The position numbers were made by a program, and so were the translations under genes. Shown piece by piece: positions 8,625-17,129 of a stretch of DNA of 36,988 nt. Origin of the DNA: Methanobacteriota archaeon (lineage in GTDB: Archaea > Hadarchaeota > Hadarchaeia > Hadarchaeales > Hadarchaeaceae); NCBI GenBank assembly GCA_043821745.1, contig JBDRCL010000137.1, positions 1 to 36,988 on the forward strand. Reading direction: 5' to 3'. The notes beneath the pieces are model-generated. The model ran no database searches. It saw nothing but the letters and a program-made list of their open reading frames with translations, and was not told where the DNA came from. Each line of letters opens with the position of its first letter. The stretch's first letter is position 1.

Positions 8625-9530
8625 TCACCCGTGTGCGCTCCCGATGATTTCCTTCACGCTCTTTATTCCATTTTTATCCAGATAGCTCTTTATCCCTTTC
8701 TCGATATCTCTGAATATCCTGATTCCCTTGATTGCCACGGCCGACCCTATCTGGACCGCGCTTGCCCCGGCCAGCAGGAACTCGACCGCGGTTCGCCAGT
8801 TCGTGACCCCGCCGCAGCCGACTATCGGGATTGAGAGTTTTGGATGGAGTTCGTGAACACACCTGAGTGCCACAGGATGTATGGCCGGCCCGGAAAGCCC
8901 ACCGTAGACGTTCGAGAGGACAGGCCTGCAGGCATCCACGTCGATTGCCATTGCCCTGATGGTGTTTATGGCGACGATCGCGTCCGCGCCAGAGTCCTGA
9001 GCGGCGATTGCAGAATTATACAGGTTGTCACTCAGACCGAGCTTGACGTGGACGGGAATTTTGAGCATTCCCTTTAGCTCTTTTACAATTTTTCGCACGG
9101 CGGTCGGGTCCGTCCCTATCTCAAATCCGTGTTTTTCCACGTTGGGGCATGAAAGGTTGAGCTCGACCGCGTCCGCTCCGGCCTCCTCCGCCCGCGCGCA
9201 GATTTCCTTGAATTCCTCGATTTTTCCGCCTCCAACGCTGACGACCACAGGGATTCCCCCTTCTTTTGCGATTGGCAGGTTTTCCGACATGAATTTTTCA
9301 TAACCTGGGTTGGCGAGCCCGACGGCGTTTATCAGGCCTCCTTCGACGCCGACCACGACTGGCGTGGAGTAGCCCTCGCGTATTTCATTTGTCAGACTTT
9401 TTGTGACTACGGCGCCGGCGCCACCCTCGACTGCCGCTCGCTTTAGTAGCGAGCCGTTGCATAGGATGCCGGACGCCAATACGGTGGGGTTTCTGAGTTC
9501 TAGCCTGCCCAGCTTGGTTTTCAATATCAT
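8625..9530 (-). CDS. pyrD: dihydroorotate dehydrogenase, catalytic subunit (class 1B)
   Basis: The 301-aa product shows NAVGLANPG, ELNLSCPN, the active-site region NTI and GGV. It overlaps pyrK by 4 nt. Confidence 0.95.
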   Translation of the reverse strand: MILKTKLGRLELRNPTVLASGILCNGSLLKRAAVEGGAGAVVTKSLTNEIREGYSTPVVVGVEGGLINAVGLANPGYEKFMSENLPIAKEGGIPVVVSVGGGKIEEFKEICARAEEAGADAVELNLSCPNVEKHGFEIGTDPTAVRKIVKELKGMLKIPVHVKLGLSDNLYNSAIAAQDSGADAIVAINTIRAMAIDVDACRPVLSNVYGGLSGPAIHPVALRCVHELHPKLSIPIVGCGGVTNWRTAVEFLLAGASAVQIGSAVAIKGIRIFRDIEKGIKSYLDKNGIKSVKEIIGSAHG

Positions 9531-10381
9531 ATCGTCACCCTCGCGCCAGATGCGTCCCGCTTTCGTTTTCCGAATTCAGTCTTGAGAAGGAGGGCGCCGT
9601 CAAAGACAGGGCCGTCGGAGCAAACACGCAGGCCAATCGGATCCAGCACACATGAACCGCAGATACCGAAGCCGCATTTCATGTAGCGCTCGAGCGAGGC
9701 CTGCACTCTGATCCCGCGTTTCACTCCGTGCTTTACGACTTCATACATCATCCGCTCGGGACCGCAAGTTAGAATCGTTTTGAACTTTTTTTCCTTCAGC
9801 AATAGTTCCACCAAATCAGTCACGAATCCATGGTGTCCCGCCGAGCCGTCGTCGGTTGCCGCCTCGACTTTCACCCCAAGCTTGCGCGCTTCATTTAGGA
9901 ATAGCAGCTCCGATTTTTTCTTTGCCCCGACGATGAAAGTGAACCTTTCACGGCTTTCGGATATGGATTTGGCAGCGTAGATGAGAGGGGCAGTGCCATA
10001 GCCGCCGCCGACTATCAGGAAAGGCCCCTCGTCAATCGAAAACCCGTTGCCGTATGGCCCTCGCAGGAAAAGTCTGCCCCCGCTCTTTAGCTTATGTAAC
10101 CCGGCTGAGGTCGGGCCTTCATTTGCGACGGAGATTCTGATGAAGCCGTCCCCAGCACCTGATATGCTCATCGGCACCTCCTCATGGCTCGGAAGCCACG
10201 CCATGACGAACTGTCCCGGCCGCGGGAATTCGGTACCGTGGTGTTCAAGGTAAAAGGACTTTACTTTTGGGCTCTCTTTGGAAATCTTTTTTATTTTCAC
10301 GGGTTTGAAGCCCAGATCAGCGAAAGATAGGATGTCCTTTCCAACTTCACCCAAACTTTGAGCAGGGGAGTTTTCTCGCAA
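9527..10381 (-). CDS. pyrK: dihydroorotate dehydrogenase electron-transfer subunit
   Basis: It has an FAD/NAD-binding ferredoxin-reductase fold (GGGYGTAPL) and a C-terminal 2Fe-2S motif, CGFGICGSCV...RVC. It is coupled to pyrD. Confidence 0.9.
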   Translation of the reverse strand: MRENSPAQSLGEVGKDILSFADLGFKPVKIKKISKESPKVKSFYLEHHGTEFPRPGQFVMAWLPSHEEVPMSISGAGDGFIRISVANEGPTSAGLHKLKSGGRLFLRGPYGNGFSIDEGPFLIVGGGYGTAPLIYAAKSISESRERFTFIVGAKKKSELLFLNEARKLGVKVEAATDDGSAGHHGFVTDLVELLLKEKKFKTILTCGPERMMYEVVKHGVKRGIRVQASLERYMKCGFGICGSCVLDPIGLRVCSDGPVFDGALLLKTEFGKRKRDASGARVTI

Positions 10382-10432
10382 AATTACCCCTCAATGTACG
10401 ACCGCGCATCTGGTTTGAGTTTTGATGAGGCC

Positions 10433-11917
10433 TTAAATCTCTTTGACATTTTTGCCCTCTTCGATATACTTTATCACCTTTTCGTAGTCGTCCTTGTTGA
10501 TGAAATTTTTCAGGTAGAGTTCTTGTATTAGCCTAGATGAGGTCATGAGGGCGAGCAGTTTGACACCCTCCTTGGCGAGGTTCTGCACTCCCCCTTGCTC
10601 ACGGTCCACGAGGACCATCGCGTAGTCAACTTTACCGCCGCGTTCGCGGATAGTTTCGATTGCTTTCAGCAGGCTTCCCCCTGTGGTGGCGGCGTCGTCA
10701 ACGATCAGTATCGATTCGCCCGGGTTTATCACGCCCTCGATCAGGCTCTTGGTCCCGTGGGTCCTTTTATCCCCTCTGATATACAGGAACGGTTTCTTCA
10801 GCTTGTACGCCACGAGGGCGCCTATCGGCACCCCTGCCGTTGCCACACCCGCGATGCGGTCGAACGAGACCCCGAGGGCCTTTAGCTCTGCGACGTACGC
10901 GCTCGTTATCAGGTCGAAGAGTTCTTGGTGGGACGGAGTGGCCCTGAGGTCGATGTAGTACGGGCTCATGAGCCCTGAGGTCAGCTTGAACTCACCCACC
11001 ATCACGCAGCGGTACTTTGCCAGCGTCAGCGCAATTTTTTGCAGGTCCACCTTCATATCCCTGACTTCCTTCAGGATTTCCCTAGCTTTTGTCGCTGGGG
11101 ATGGGGCCTGGGCTATGCTCCTACCTATTATCTCCAAGTCTGCTCCGGCTGCAAGTGCCGAGCCGAAGTCTGCTCCCTGCGTGCCCACACCGGGCGAGAA
11201 GATTATTGATGAGGGGTAGGTGTTTTTGGTGCTGGTTATCAAGTTTGGATAGGTCGCGGGCACTACAAAGCCGTCCACGCCAGCCGTGGCCGCGATTGCG
11301 AGAAGCTCGTCATAGTGCTTGTTGAGGTGCTCGTTCGCCCCCGGGTGGCTCATGGCGCACAGGCCTAGCACTCCCTTTTCAATCTCGTCAGCTAAGTTGA
11401 CCACTTCGTCGAGCCCTCCCTTTATGCCGATAGCGGCGTGGATGATGAGCGCGTCGAACCCGACATCAAACAGCTGTGCTGCTTCAAGGCTGTTGATATG
11501 GCCTATGTCCGCCATTTTTGGGTCGCAGATGAAAAAGTAATTTTTCCTTGAGGAGTTGATGATGTCCTCCACGAGGTCCAGGCCCAAGCCGAATATCAGC
11601 GGGAGCCCAATCTTAACACCTGATACTAGGCCATCAAGCTCGGCGAGTAGGTCTTGAATTCTGGCCGAGACGTTGAGCCTTTCCTTCATCCTGCCCTTGT
11701 GCGGCTTCAGCGAATATGGGTTGAAAGGGGGATCAAGTGCGAGAACAATCCTAGAATCCGTCCTCTTAGTTATCTCCGATACTAGCTTTACGAACGTTTT
11801 GCTCAAAATGCCCGCCCATAGTTTAGTATCTGACTTATAAAAAGGTTTACGATTGGCGGAAAAATAGATTTCGCGAGACGCGTTATTTTTTGTCAGCTTT
11901 CCTCTAGTGGTTTCCAT
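10433..11917 (-). CDS. pyrF-pyrE: bifunctional OMP decarboxylase (N-terminal) / orotate phosphoribosyltransferase (C-terminal) fusion
   Basis: Residues about 56-285 carry OMPdecase motifs: IVLALD, DPKMADIGH, SPGVGTQG, IIGRSI. Residues about 290-465 carry OPRTase motifs: KLTSGLMSPYYIDLR and the PRPP loop ILIVDDAATTGGS. The true start may be the in-frame TTG at 11804-11806. Confidence 0.9.
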   Translation of the reverse strand: METTRGKLTKNNASREIYFSANRKPFYKSDTKLWAGILSKTFVKLVSEITKRTDSRIVLALDPPFNPYSLKPHKGRMKERLNVSARIQDLLAELDGLVSGVKIGLPLIFGLGLDLVEDIINSSRKNYFFICDPKMADIGHINSLEAAQLFDVGFDALIIHAAIGIKGGLDEVVNLADEIEKGVLGLCAMSHPGANEHLNKHYDELLAIAATAGVDGFVVPATYPNLITSTKNTYPSSIIFSPGVGTQGADFGSALAAGADLEIIGRSIAQAPSPATKAREILKEVRDMKVDLQKIALTLAKYRCVMVGEFKLTSGLMSPYYIDLRATPSHQELFDLITSAYVAELKALGVSFDRIAGVATAGVPIGALVAYKLKKPFLYIRGDKRTHGTKSLIEGVINPGESILIVDDAATTGGSLLKAIETIRERGGKVDYAMVLVDREQGGVQNLAKEGVKLLALMTSSRLIQELYLKNFINKDDYEKVIKYIEEGKNVKEI

Positions 11918-12092
11918 CCTTTGCGTTGTCGCCCTACATTGTATTTTTCCATCGACTAGCCGAGATATCGCGTGACCCTCATCTTGCCGATGGCATGCAT
12001 AGAAACGAATTTAGTTTAACTTTTTCGGCATTAATTCTTTCTCCAGTTTAAGTGAAAAGAGTTCATTCAAATTCTTAAAATCCCAAATAGTG

Positions 12093-12170
12093 TGGCGGGC
12101 CCGGAGGGATTTGAACCCTCGATCTACAGCTTAGGACGCTGCCGCCCTATCCGAGCTAGGCCACGGGCCC
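12093..12170 (-). tRNA. tRNA-Arg (anticodon CCU), 78 nt including encoded CCA, no intron
   Basis: The reverse complement reads GGGCCCG-TG-GCCT-AGCTCGGATA-GGGC-G-GCAGC-GTCCTAA-GCTGT-AGATC-GAGGG-TTCAAAT-CCCTC-CGGGCCC-G-CCA. This is a complete cloverleaf. Confidence 0.9.
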
Positions 12171-12188
12171 CGTACAGACTTATCGTAG

Positions 12189-12199
12189 GGATTTATGAG
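12189..12199 (-). promoter_or_regulatory. TATA-like box upstream of tRNA-Arg
   Basis: The minus strand reads CTCATAAATCC, centred about 24-25 nt upstream of the mature tRNA 5' end. That is the usual archaeal TATA-to-start spacing. Confidence 0.35.
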
Positions 12200-12262
12200 A
12201 ATACATCTATCTCGAAAGTTATTTAAAAGGGGCGTTGGAATGATGTTTGAAGTGGTGATTGA

Positions 12263-12523
12263 ATGGTTGCGACAAGACCTTTGGGCGCTTTGCTTTGTGT
12301 TGCTACGGTTCTAGTGGTCATCGCGCACATATTCTTCGGTTACTTGAGTGGAGGTGCCAGCGCTTGGGCGCGCGGAGCCTTGGCGTTTGCGCTACCCATA
12401 ACTGTTGGCATATTTGCGATATGCGGTTTGGGATTTTGGCTGGGGTGGATCATGGTAACTACAAAGGAAGCCCCGCCGGCGCCAAAGACGCAGGAAGAGA
12501 GCAAGCCCGAAAAGCCTGAGTGA
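12263..12523 (+). CDS. small integral membrane protein (hypothetical)
   Basis: The 86-aa product has two or three hydrophobic helices (LLCVATVLVVIAHIFF; ALAFALPITVGIFAICGLGFWLGWIMV) and a charged tail. I prefer it over the overlapping +1 frame ORF 12259..12519, which is Arg/Cys-rich and not membrane-like. Confidence 0.45.
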   Translation: MVATRPLGALLCVATVLVVIAHIFFGYLSGGASAWARGALAFALPITVGIFAICGLGFWLGWIMVTTKEAPPAPKTQEESKPEKPE

Positions 12524-12549
12524 AAAAACTCGGCATTCGTAGCTTTTAA

Positions 12550-15500
12550 GTGTTGGTTGCTTTAAACTTATTAGGTGTTAATTTGAACTACCGGCGATGG
12601 TTAATCGTTGCATACTTGCTCGTAATGATGTTCATCGCCGTCTCGATTCTTTTGGTTCCAGGACAGAGATATGACACGCTTACCACCTCCGACAGCGGCT
12701 GGGTCTACGGTATCGCTGAGGAGATATCTCAAAAAGGAGGACTTGTTGATAAGAACCCGCTTTCACATGCCCCTTACGGCTGGACCGTTTCCTACAACGA
12801 ACAGCTTCAGCCACTTCTCGCGGTGATGCTTTACAATGGCGCTCAATCCATAAACCCCAGCGTCACCTTGATGGATGTCGTGAAGTTCTGGGGCCCGCTG
12901 CTCTTCGCCCTCTCGTTGATCCCAATTTTCCTTATAGGCAGAGAACTTGGGGGAGATTTCGCAGGGGTTGCCGCGGTATTTTTTGCCGTCACAATGACAT
13001 CGACAATCTACTGGATGAAGGTCGGATCCTTTGATCGTGAGCCATTGAAGTTTTTTCTCACCTCGGCATCACTTTTCTTCACGATAAAGTTGTTCAAGGC
13101 CCCTAGGAAAGATATTCTAAAATATGCGATTTTATCGGGGCTGTCGTTCGGGCTGTTTAGCTTGGCATGGCCCGGCGCGATGTTCTTCGCCGCGATACCA
13201 ATCGGCGGCGTGATATTCGTGCTTCTGGTGGGATTTTTCGGCAAGCTCGTTCGCAAGTTCTCCGATGTGTTCGAGGCAGTTACAACTGTCATACGCAACC
13301 ATCTCTACCTGTTAATCGGGGTAGCTGTCATGATGGTGGTCATGACTTTGGTCCTTTCGATTTTTGGTAAACAACAGCCGAGTTTCTGGATTGGGTTTTT
13401 CCAGACAATGTTGGGGTATGTCGGGATTGGCGGCGGTGGGGAAGGCGGGGTATCTTTGCCGGGTTATGCATCGGAGGCGCAGGTCTCGGGCCAGATTAAC
13501 GAGACCTTGAGCGTTTTCTATGAAAACAACATATTAACCATTTTCATCGTCATCATGATGGGGCTGGCGCTTGTAAAGTTCATCTGGTCTAGGAAGAACT
13601 GGGAAATTTTTGTCTTTGCTTGGCTGATTGTACTCATAGCCATGGTCTTTCCAGGGAAGGGACAAGCAAGATTCGTGCGCGAGTGGTGGCCCTTGGTTTC
13701 AATTCTCGCCGGAGTTGGATTTGTCACGCTTGCGTCTCTCGTGAGACGAGCTTACTCTGAACCGTCCCTTGAATGGTTGAAAGGAATCCAAGACCCGATA
13801 GTGGTAACAGCTCTCATAGTCGTATTCACCTCACCATTTCTCATAAACGCCTATGCAGTTGCTTTGGCCACGACTCCGCCAACCGAGTGGAGAGGCCAAG
13901 AGTTGGATATGGGATTTATGGAATCCTTTAACTGGTTGAGAGAAAACACATCTGAAAACTCAATAGTCGCGATAGAATGGTCGTACGGCCACCTCTTGAC
14001 GGGCGTTTCTAGAAGACCGACTGTCGCTGATGGGGTCGAAGGAACGGGTGAGGTCGGGAAGTGGGAAAATGTAGCTGTGGTGCAACCTCCCGACTATATT
14101 TACACAGTCGAGGACGCTACTGGCAAGTTCTTGGATCGGAACTTCACCATAAACGGCAGGCGCACCGACGTCCAGAGGTTTCCTAGCTTGGGTTCTGAAG
14201 ATGAAATGAACTTCTACTTTGACACATACAGTGAGAACTATGGAGTGAAAATAGAATATTGGGTCACGCACGCTTACCAAGTCTGGGACATGGTTTTTGG
14301 CACCATTCGTGACGATACAAAGTTTAGCACTTCAACAAATGTGGAGTTCAATAACATGGTTTACGGCTTTACTGGTGAGAACGTATTTTTCGACATCGCG
14401 AGTGGGTCGGCTTTCAAAGTAAGCGATGGAGAGAATCTGTACTTAACCGGAGTTGTATTTGCGTATTACAATCAGAACGGTGGGATAGGAAACCCGTTCA
14501 ACTACGCGTTCAGAGAAGACTCCCGAGTGCCGAGGATATTGTGGGTATTAGTCCCGGATTGGGTCCAATCGCCTTCATTTGATCAGACCGTGGCGATTCA
14601 GAGTGGACCCTATTATAGCGGAGCCCCGCTATACGCGCGCCTTTTTGAGGGCGCCGGCGCTTTACCGGACTTTATGAGCGTGGTCTACACGAGCAAAAAC
14701 GGCGTGGTCAAGGTCGTCAAGATTAGCTACACTCCCTCGGCAGTTTACCCGGCCAATAGCACCAAGGTGAGCGACAGCACTCCGGAGTTCAAATGGTCCC
14801 GTGCAATTGGCGCGACGAGGTATGAGATCGTCTTGGACGATAGCTCTGCTTTCTCTTCCCCAATTATCCAGACAAGCACCACCCAATTGAGGTACACGCC
14901 AGCAGTTTCCCTGCCCGACGGCACTTACTCGTGGCGCGTTGGTGCTTACAAGGGTGAAAGGTTCCTCGGGTGGTCCGACACATCGACTTTCGTCGTCGAC
15001 ACTGTACCGCCAGCTACACCGCAGCTTTCCGACCCACAAGATGGCATTGAGCTCTCCAGCTTGGAAGTTGCATTCAGTTGGTCAAAGTCGGAAGTAGGCG
15101 CCAAGTACCAGGTTCAAATTTATGATCAAGCAGATTTATCTACGCCAGTGCAGGACAACCAGGTGACTTCTGAGGGTTTTTCTCGCACGTTCCAGAACAA
15201 CGGCGTCTACCAATGGCGCGTTAGGGCTATCGACGCCGCGGGTAACCGTAGCGACTGGACAGACTATTTTGAGTTCACGATAAGATTGCCACCGCAGGCG
15301 TCGACGCTCGACTCCCCGCAGAACGGGATTATAACCAGAAACAACGCTCCTACGTTCAGCTGGTCTGGAGGCATCGCGGACAACTACATACTCATAGTCG
15401 ACGATGACGGCAACTTCAGTTCGCCGGCGATTGACGTCAATCTTGGAACAGTCAGTAGCTACGCCCCGACGGACGTACTACTCGATGAAAACTATTCTTG

Positions 15501-15858
15501 GAAGGTTGTCTCAATTGTTGGGGCACAGCAGGAATCATCACCAGTCTGGACTTTCGCGGTAGACACAACCCCGCCGGAAATCCCGAACTTATTAAAACCC
15601 GACAACGGATCGATTCTCATAGACGTCACCCCGACATTTTCTTGGTCGAGCGCGCAAGGCACGTACATGTACGAACTGGTCGTGGCCAGGGACCAAGATT
15701 TTAACTCACTTGCTATTGATAATTTACTGAATGGAACAACTTTCACGCCGACAGTCGGTTTATCCGCTGGCACATATTATTGGAGAGTCTATGCCATCGA
15801 CAAGGCGGCCAATGTAAGCGTTTCATCTGACTGGCTCTTCACTATTCAAGGTGGGTGA
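12550..15858 (+). CDS. aglB: AglB/STT3-family oligosaccharyltransferase-like GT-C membrane protein with four C-terminal beta-sandwich repeats
   Basis: About 13 hydrophobic helices fill the first ~470 aa. They are followed directly by IEWSYGHLL, a variant of the STT3/AglB WWDYG motif, at 13975-13992. Then comes a large soluble domain and four tandem repeats. The start is GTG, and other starts are possible. Confidence 0.65.
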   Translation: MLVALNLLGVNLNYRRWLIVAYLLVMMFIAVSILLVPGQRYDTLTTSDSGWVYGIAEEISQKGGLVDKNPLSHAPYGWTVSYNEQLQPLLAVMLYNGAQSINPSVTLMDVVKFWGPLLFALSLIPIFLIGRELGGDFAGVAAVFFAVTMTSTIYWMKVGSFDREPLKFFLTSASLFFTIKLFKAPRKDILKYAILSGLSFGLFSLAWPGAMFFAAIPIGGVIFVLLVGFFGKLVRKFSDVFEAVTTVIRNHLYLLIGVAVMMVVMTLVLSIFGKQQPSFWIGFFQTMLGYVGIGGGGEGGVSLPGYASEAQVSGQINETLSVFYENNILTIFIVIMMGLALVKFIWSRKNWEIFVFAWLIVLIAMVFPGKGQARFVREWWPLVSILAGVGFVTLASLVRRAYSEPSLEWLKGIQDPIVVTALIVVFTSPFLINAYAVALATTPPTEWRGQELDMGFMESFNWLRENTSENSIVAIEWSYGHLLTGVSRRPTVADGVEGTGEVGKWENVAVVQPPDYIYTVEDATGKFLDRNFTINGRRTDVQRFPSLGSEDEMNFYFDTYSENYGVKIEYWVTHAYQVWDMVFGTIRDDTKFSTSTNVEFNNMVYGFTGENVFFDIASGSAFKVSDGENLYLTGVVFAYYNQNGGIGNPFNYAFREDSRVPRILWVLVPDWVQSPSFDQTVAIQSGPYYSGAPLYARLFEGAGALPDFMSVVYTSKNGVVKVVKISYTPSAVYPANSTKVSDSTPEFKWSRAIGATRYEIVLDDSSAFSSPIIQTSTTQLRYTPAVSLPDGTYSWRVGAYKGERFLGWSDTSTFVVDTVPPATPQLSDPQDGIELSSLEVAFSWSKSEVGAKYQVQIYDQADLSTPVQDNQVTSEGFSRTFQNNGVYQWRVRAIDAAGNRSDWTDYFEFTIRLPPQASTLDSPQNGIITRNNAPTFSWSGGIADNYILIVDDDGNFSSPAIDVNLGTVSSYAPTDVLLDENYSWKVVSIVGAQQESSPVWTFAVDTTPPEIPNLLKPDNGSILIDVTPTFSWSSAQGTYMYELVVARDQDFNSLAIDNLLNGTTFTPTVGLSAGTYYWRVYAIDKAANVSVSSDWLFTIQGG
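14734..15855 (+). repeat. four tandem protein-coding repeats of about 93-94 aa (FN3/Ig-like) within the AglB-like gene
   Basis: Repeat units start near 14734, 15013, 15295 and 15577. The shared pattern is P.(D/N)G......P.F.WS......Y.....D..FSSP........Y.P...L..G.Y.WRV.A.D..GN.S.W.....F..D..PP. Conservation is at the protein level; DNA identity is low. Confidence 0.85.
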
Positions 15859-17129
15859 AAATGCAAACGCCGCGAGGGACAAGAGACCTCTTCGGTGAGG
15901 AACTCGCAGGCATTCGCCACGTTATACGTAAGATGGAGGGAATTTTCAAGCGCCACGGCTATAATGAAATCGAGACGCCGATGTTTGAGCACCTCGAACT
16001 CTTCACAAAAAAGAGCGGCTCGAACGTGGTGAACCAGCTCTACGCTTTCAAGGACAAGGCCTCCCGTGACTTGGTGCTTCGACCTGAGCTCACGACTCCA
16101 GTCATGCGTTTCTGCATTCAGAAGCTGAGGTCAAGCCCGAAGCCGGTAAAGCTCTTCTACTTCGGTAGCTGCTTCCGTTATGAGGAGCCGCAGTCGAAGA
16201 GATGGAGGCAGTTTCTGCAGTCGGGAGTGGAGATGATAGGTACTGCAAACCCCGCCGCGGATGCCGAGGTTGCGTCTTTGGCGAACGTCGTCTTGCGCGA
16301 ACTCGGCTTCAAGGACTATGGGATTCAGATAGGCCACATACGTATGCTCCGTGAACTGCTCGCGCACGCAGGCGTGAAGGGGGACGCCCAGGACTCGATT
16401 CTCAGGGCCATAGACTCCAAGGAGGAAAAGCGCATCAGCGACGAGATCAAGCTTGCGGGGATAAAGTCCTCTGATGAAAAGCTACTGCGCAGTCTGTTGT
16501 CACTGAAGGGCGATATCTCGGTCCTTGACAAGGCCGGCGCGATGCTCAATGGAGTTCCTCGGGCCGCGGCAGCTATGAAGAACCTTCAGGATATTTTAAG
16601 GTATTTCGGCCCGCTGGGTGTCGATAATTTCTCAATAGATCTGGGCATAGCCCGCGGGCTCGATTACTACACGGATTTTGTTTTCGAGATATACGTCGGC
16701 GGCGTTCAAGTTGCAGGAGGAGGCCGTTACGACGGTCTTGTGGAGCAGCTGGGAGGTGAGCCAACGCCGGGCGTTGGAGTTGCGTTCGGCGTGGATCGGA
16801 TAGCTCAGACCATGCTGAGCCGTGGCATGGTATCGTTTAAAGACCATTTGGATTGCCTCGTCCTCCCCGTGGATGAGAAGGTCCGCGAAGAGGCGATGAA
16901 AGTCGTCACCGAGCTTCGCCGAGCCGGTCTGTCCGCAGATACGGATTTTATGGGTAGGGGCCTTAGCAAAGCGATGCAATATGCCAACGCGCTGAAGGTC
17001 AAACGCGTGGTCGTAGTTGGCGCGAAGGAATTGGAGAAGGGACAGGTTGTTCTGCGGGACATGGCAACGGGCAAACAGGAACAGGTAGATCGCGAAGAGC
17101 TCCCCAAGATACTAAAATCTATATCCTAA
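15855..17129 (+). CDS. hisS: histidyl-tRNA synthetase
   Basis: Class II motifs are present: PRGTRD, LRPELT, FRYE.PQ..R.R.F.Q and GGGRYD. The GTG at 15855 overlaps the aglB stop; the ATG at 15861 (MQTPRGTRD) is an equally good start. Confidence 0.95.
   Translation: MKMQTPRGTRDLFGEELAGIRHVIRKMEGIFKRHGYNEIETPMFEHLELFTKKSGSNVVNQLYAFKDKASRDLVLRPELTTPVMRFCIQKLRSSPKPVKLFYFGSCFRYEEPQSKRWRQFLQSGVEMIGTANPAADAEVASLANVVLRELGFKDYGIQIGHIRMLRELLAHAGVKGDAQDSILRAIDSKEEKRISDEIKLAGIKSSDEKLLRSLLSLKGDISVLDKAGAMLNGVPRAAAAMKNLQDILRYFGPLGVDNFSIDLGIARGLDYYTDFVFEIYVGGVQVAGGGRYDGLVEQLGGEPTPGVGVAFGVDRIAQTMLSRGMVSFKDHLDCLVLPVDEKVREEAMKVVTELRRAGLSADTDFMGRGLSKAMQYANALKVKRVVVVGAKELEKGQVVLRDMATGKQEQVDREELPKILKSIS

Noticed and set aside
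12259-12519. An 86-aa ORF overlapping 12263..12523 in another frame.
   Set aside because: It is Cys/Arg/Gly-rich with no hydrophobic pattern. The 12263 frame encodes a plausible membrane protein, and only one of the two can be real.
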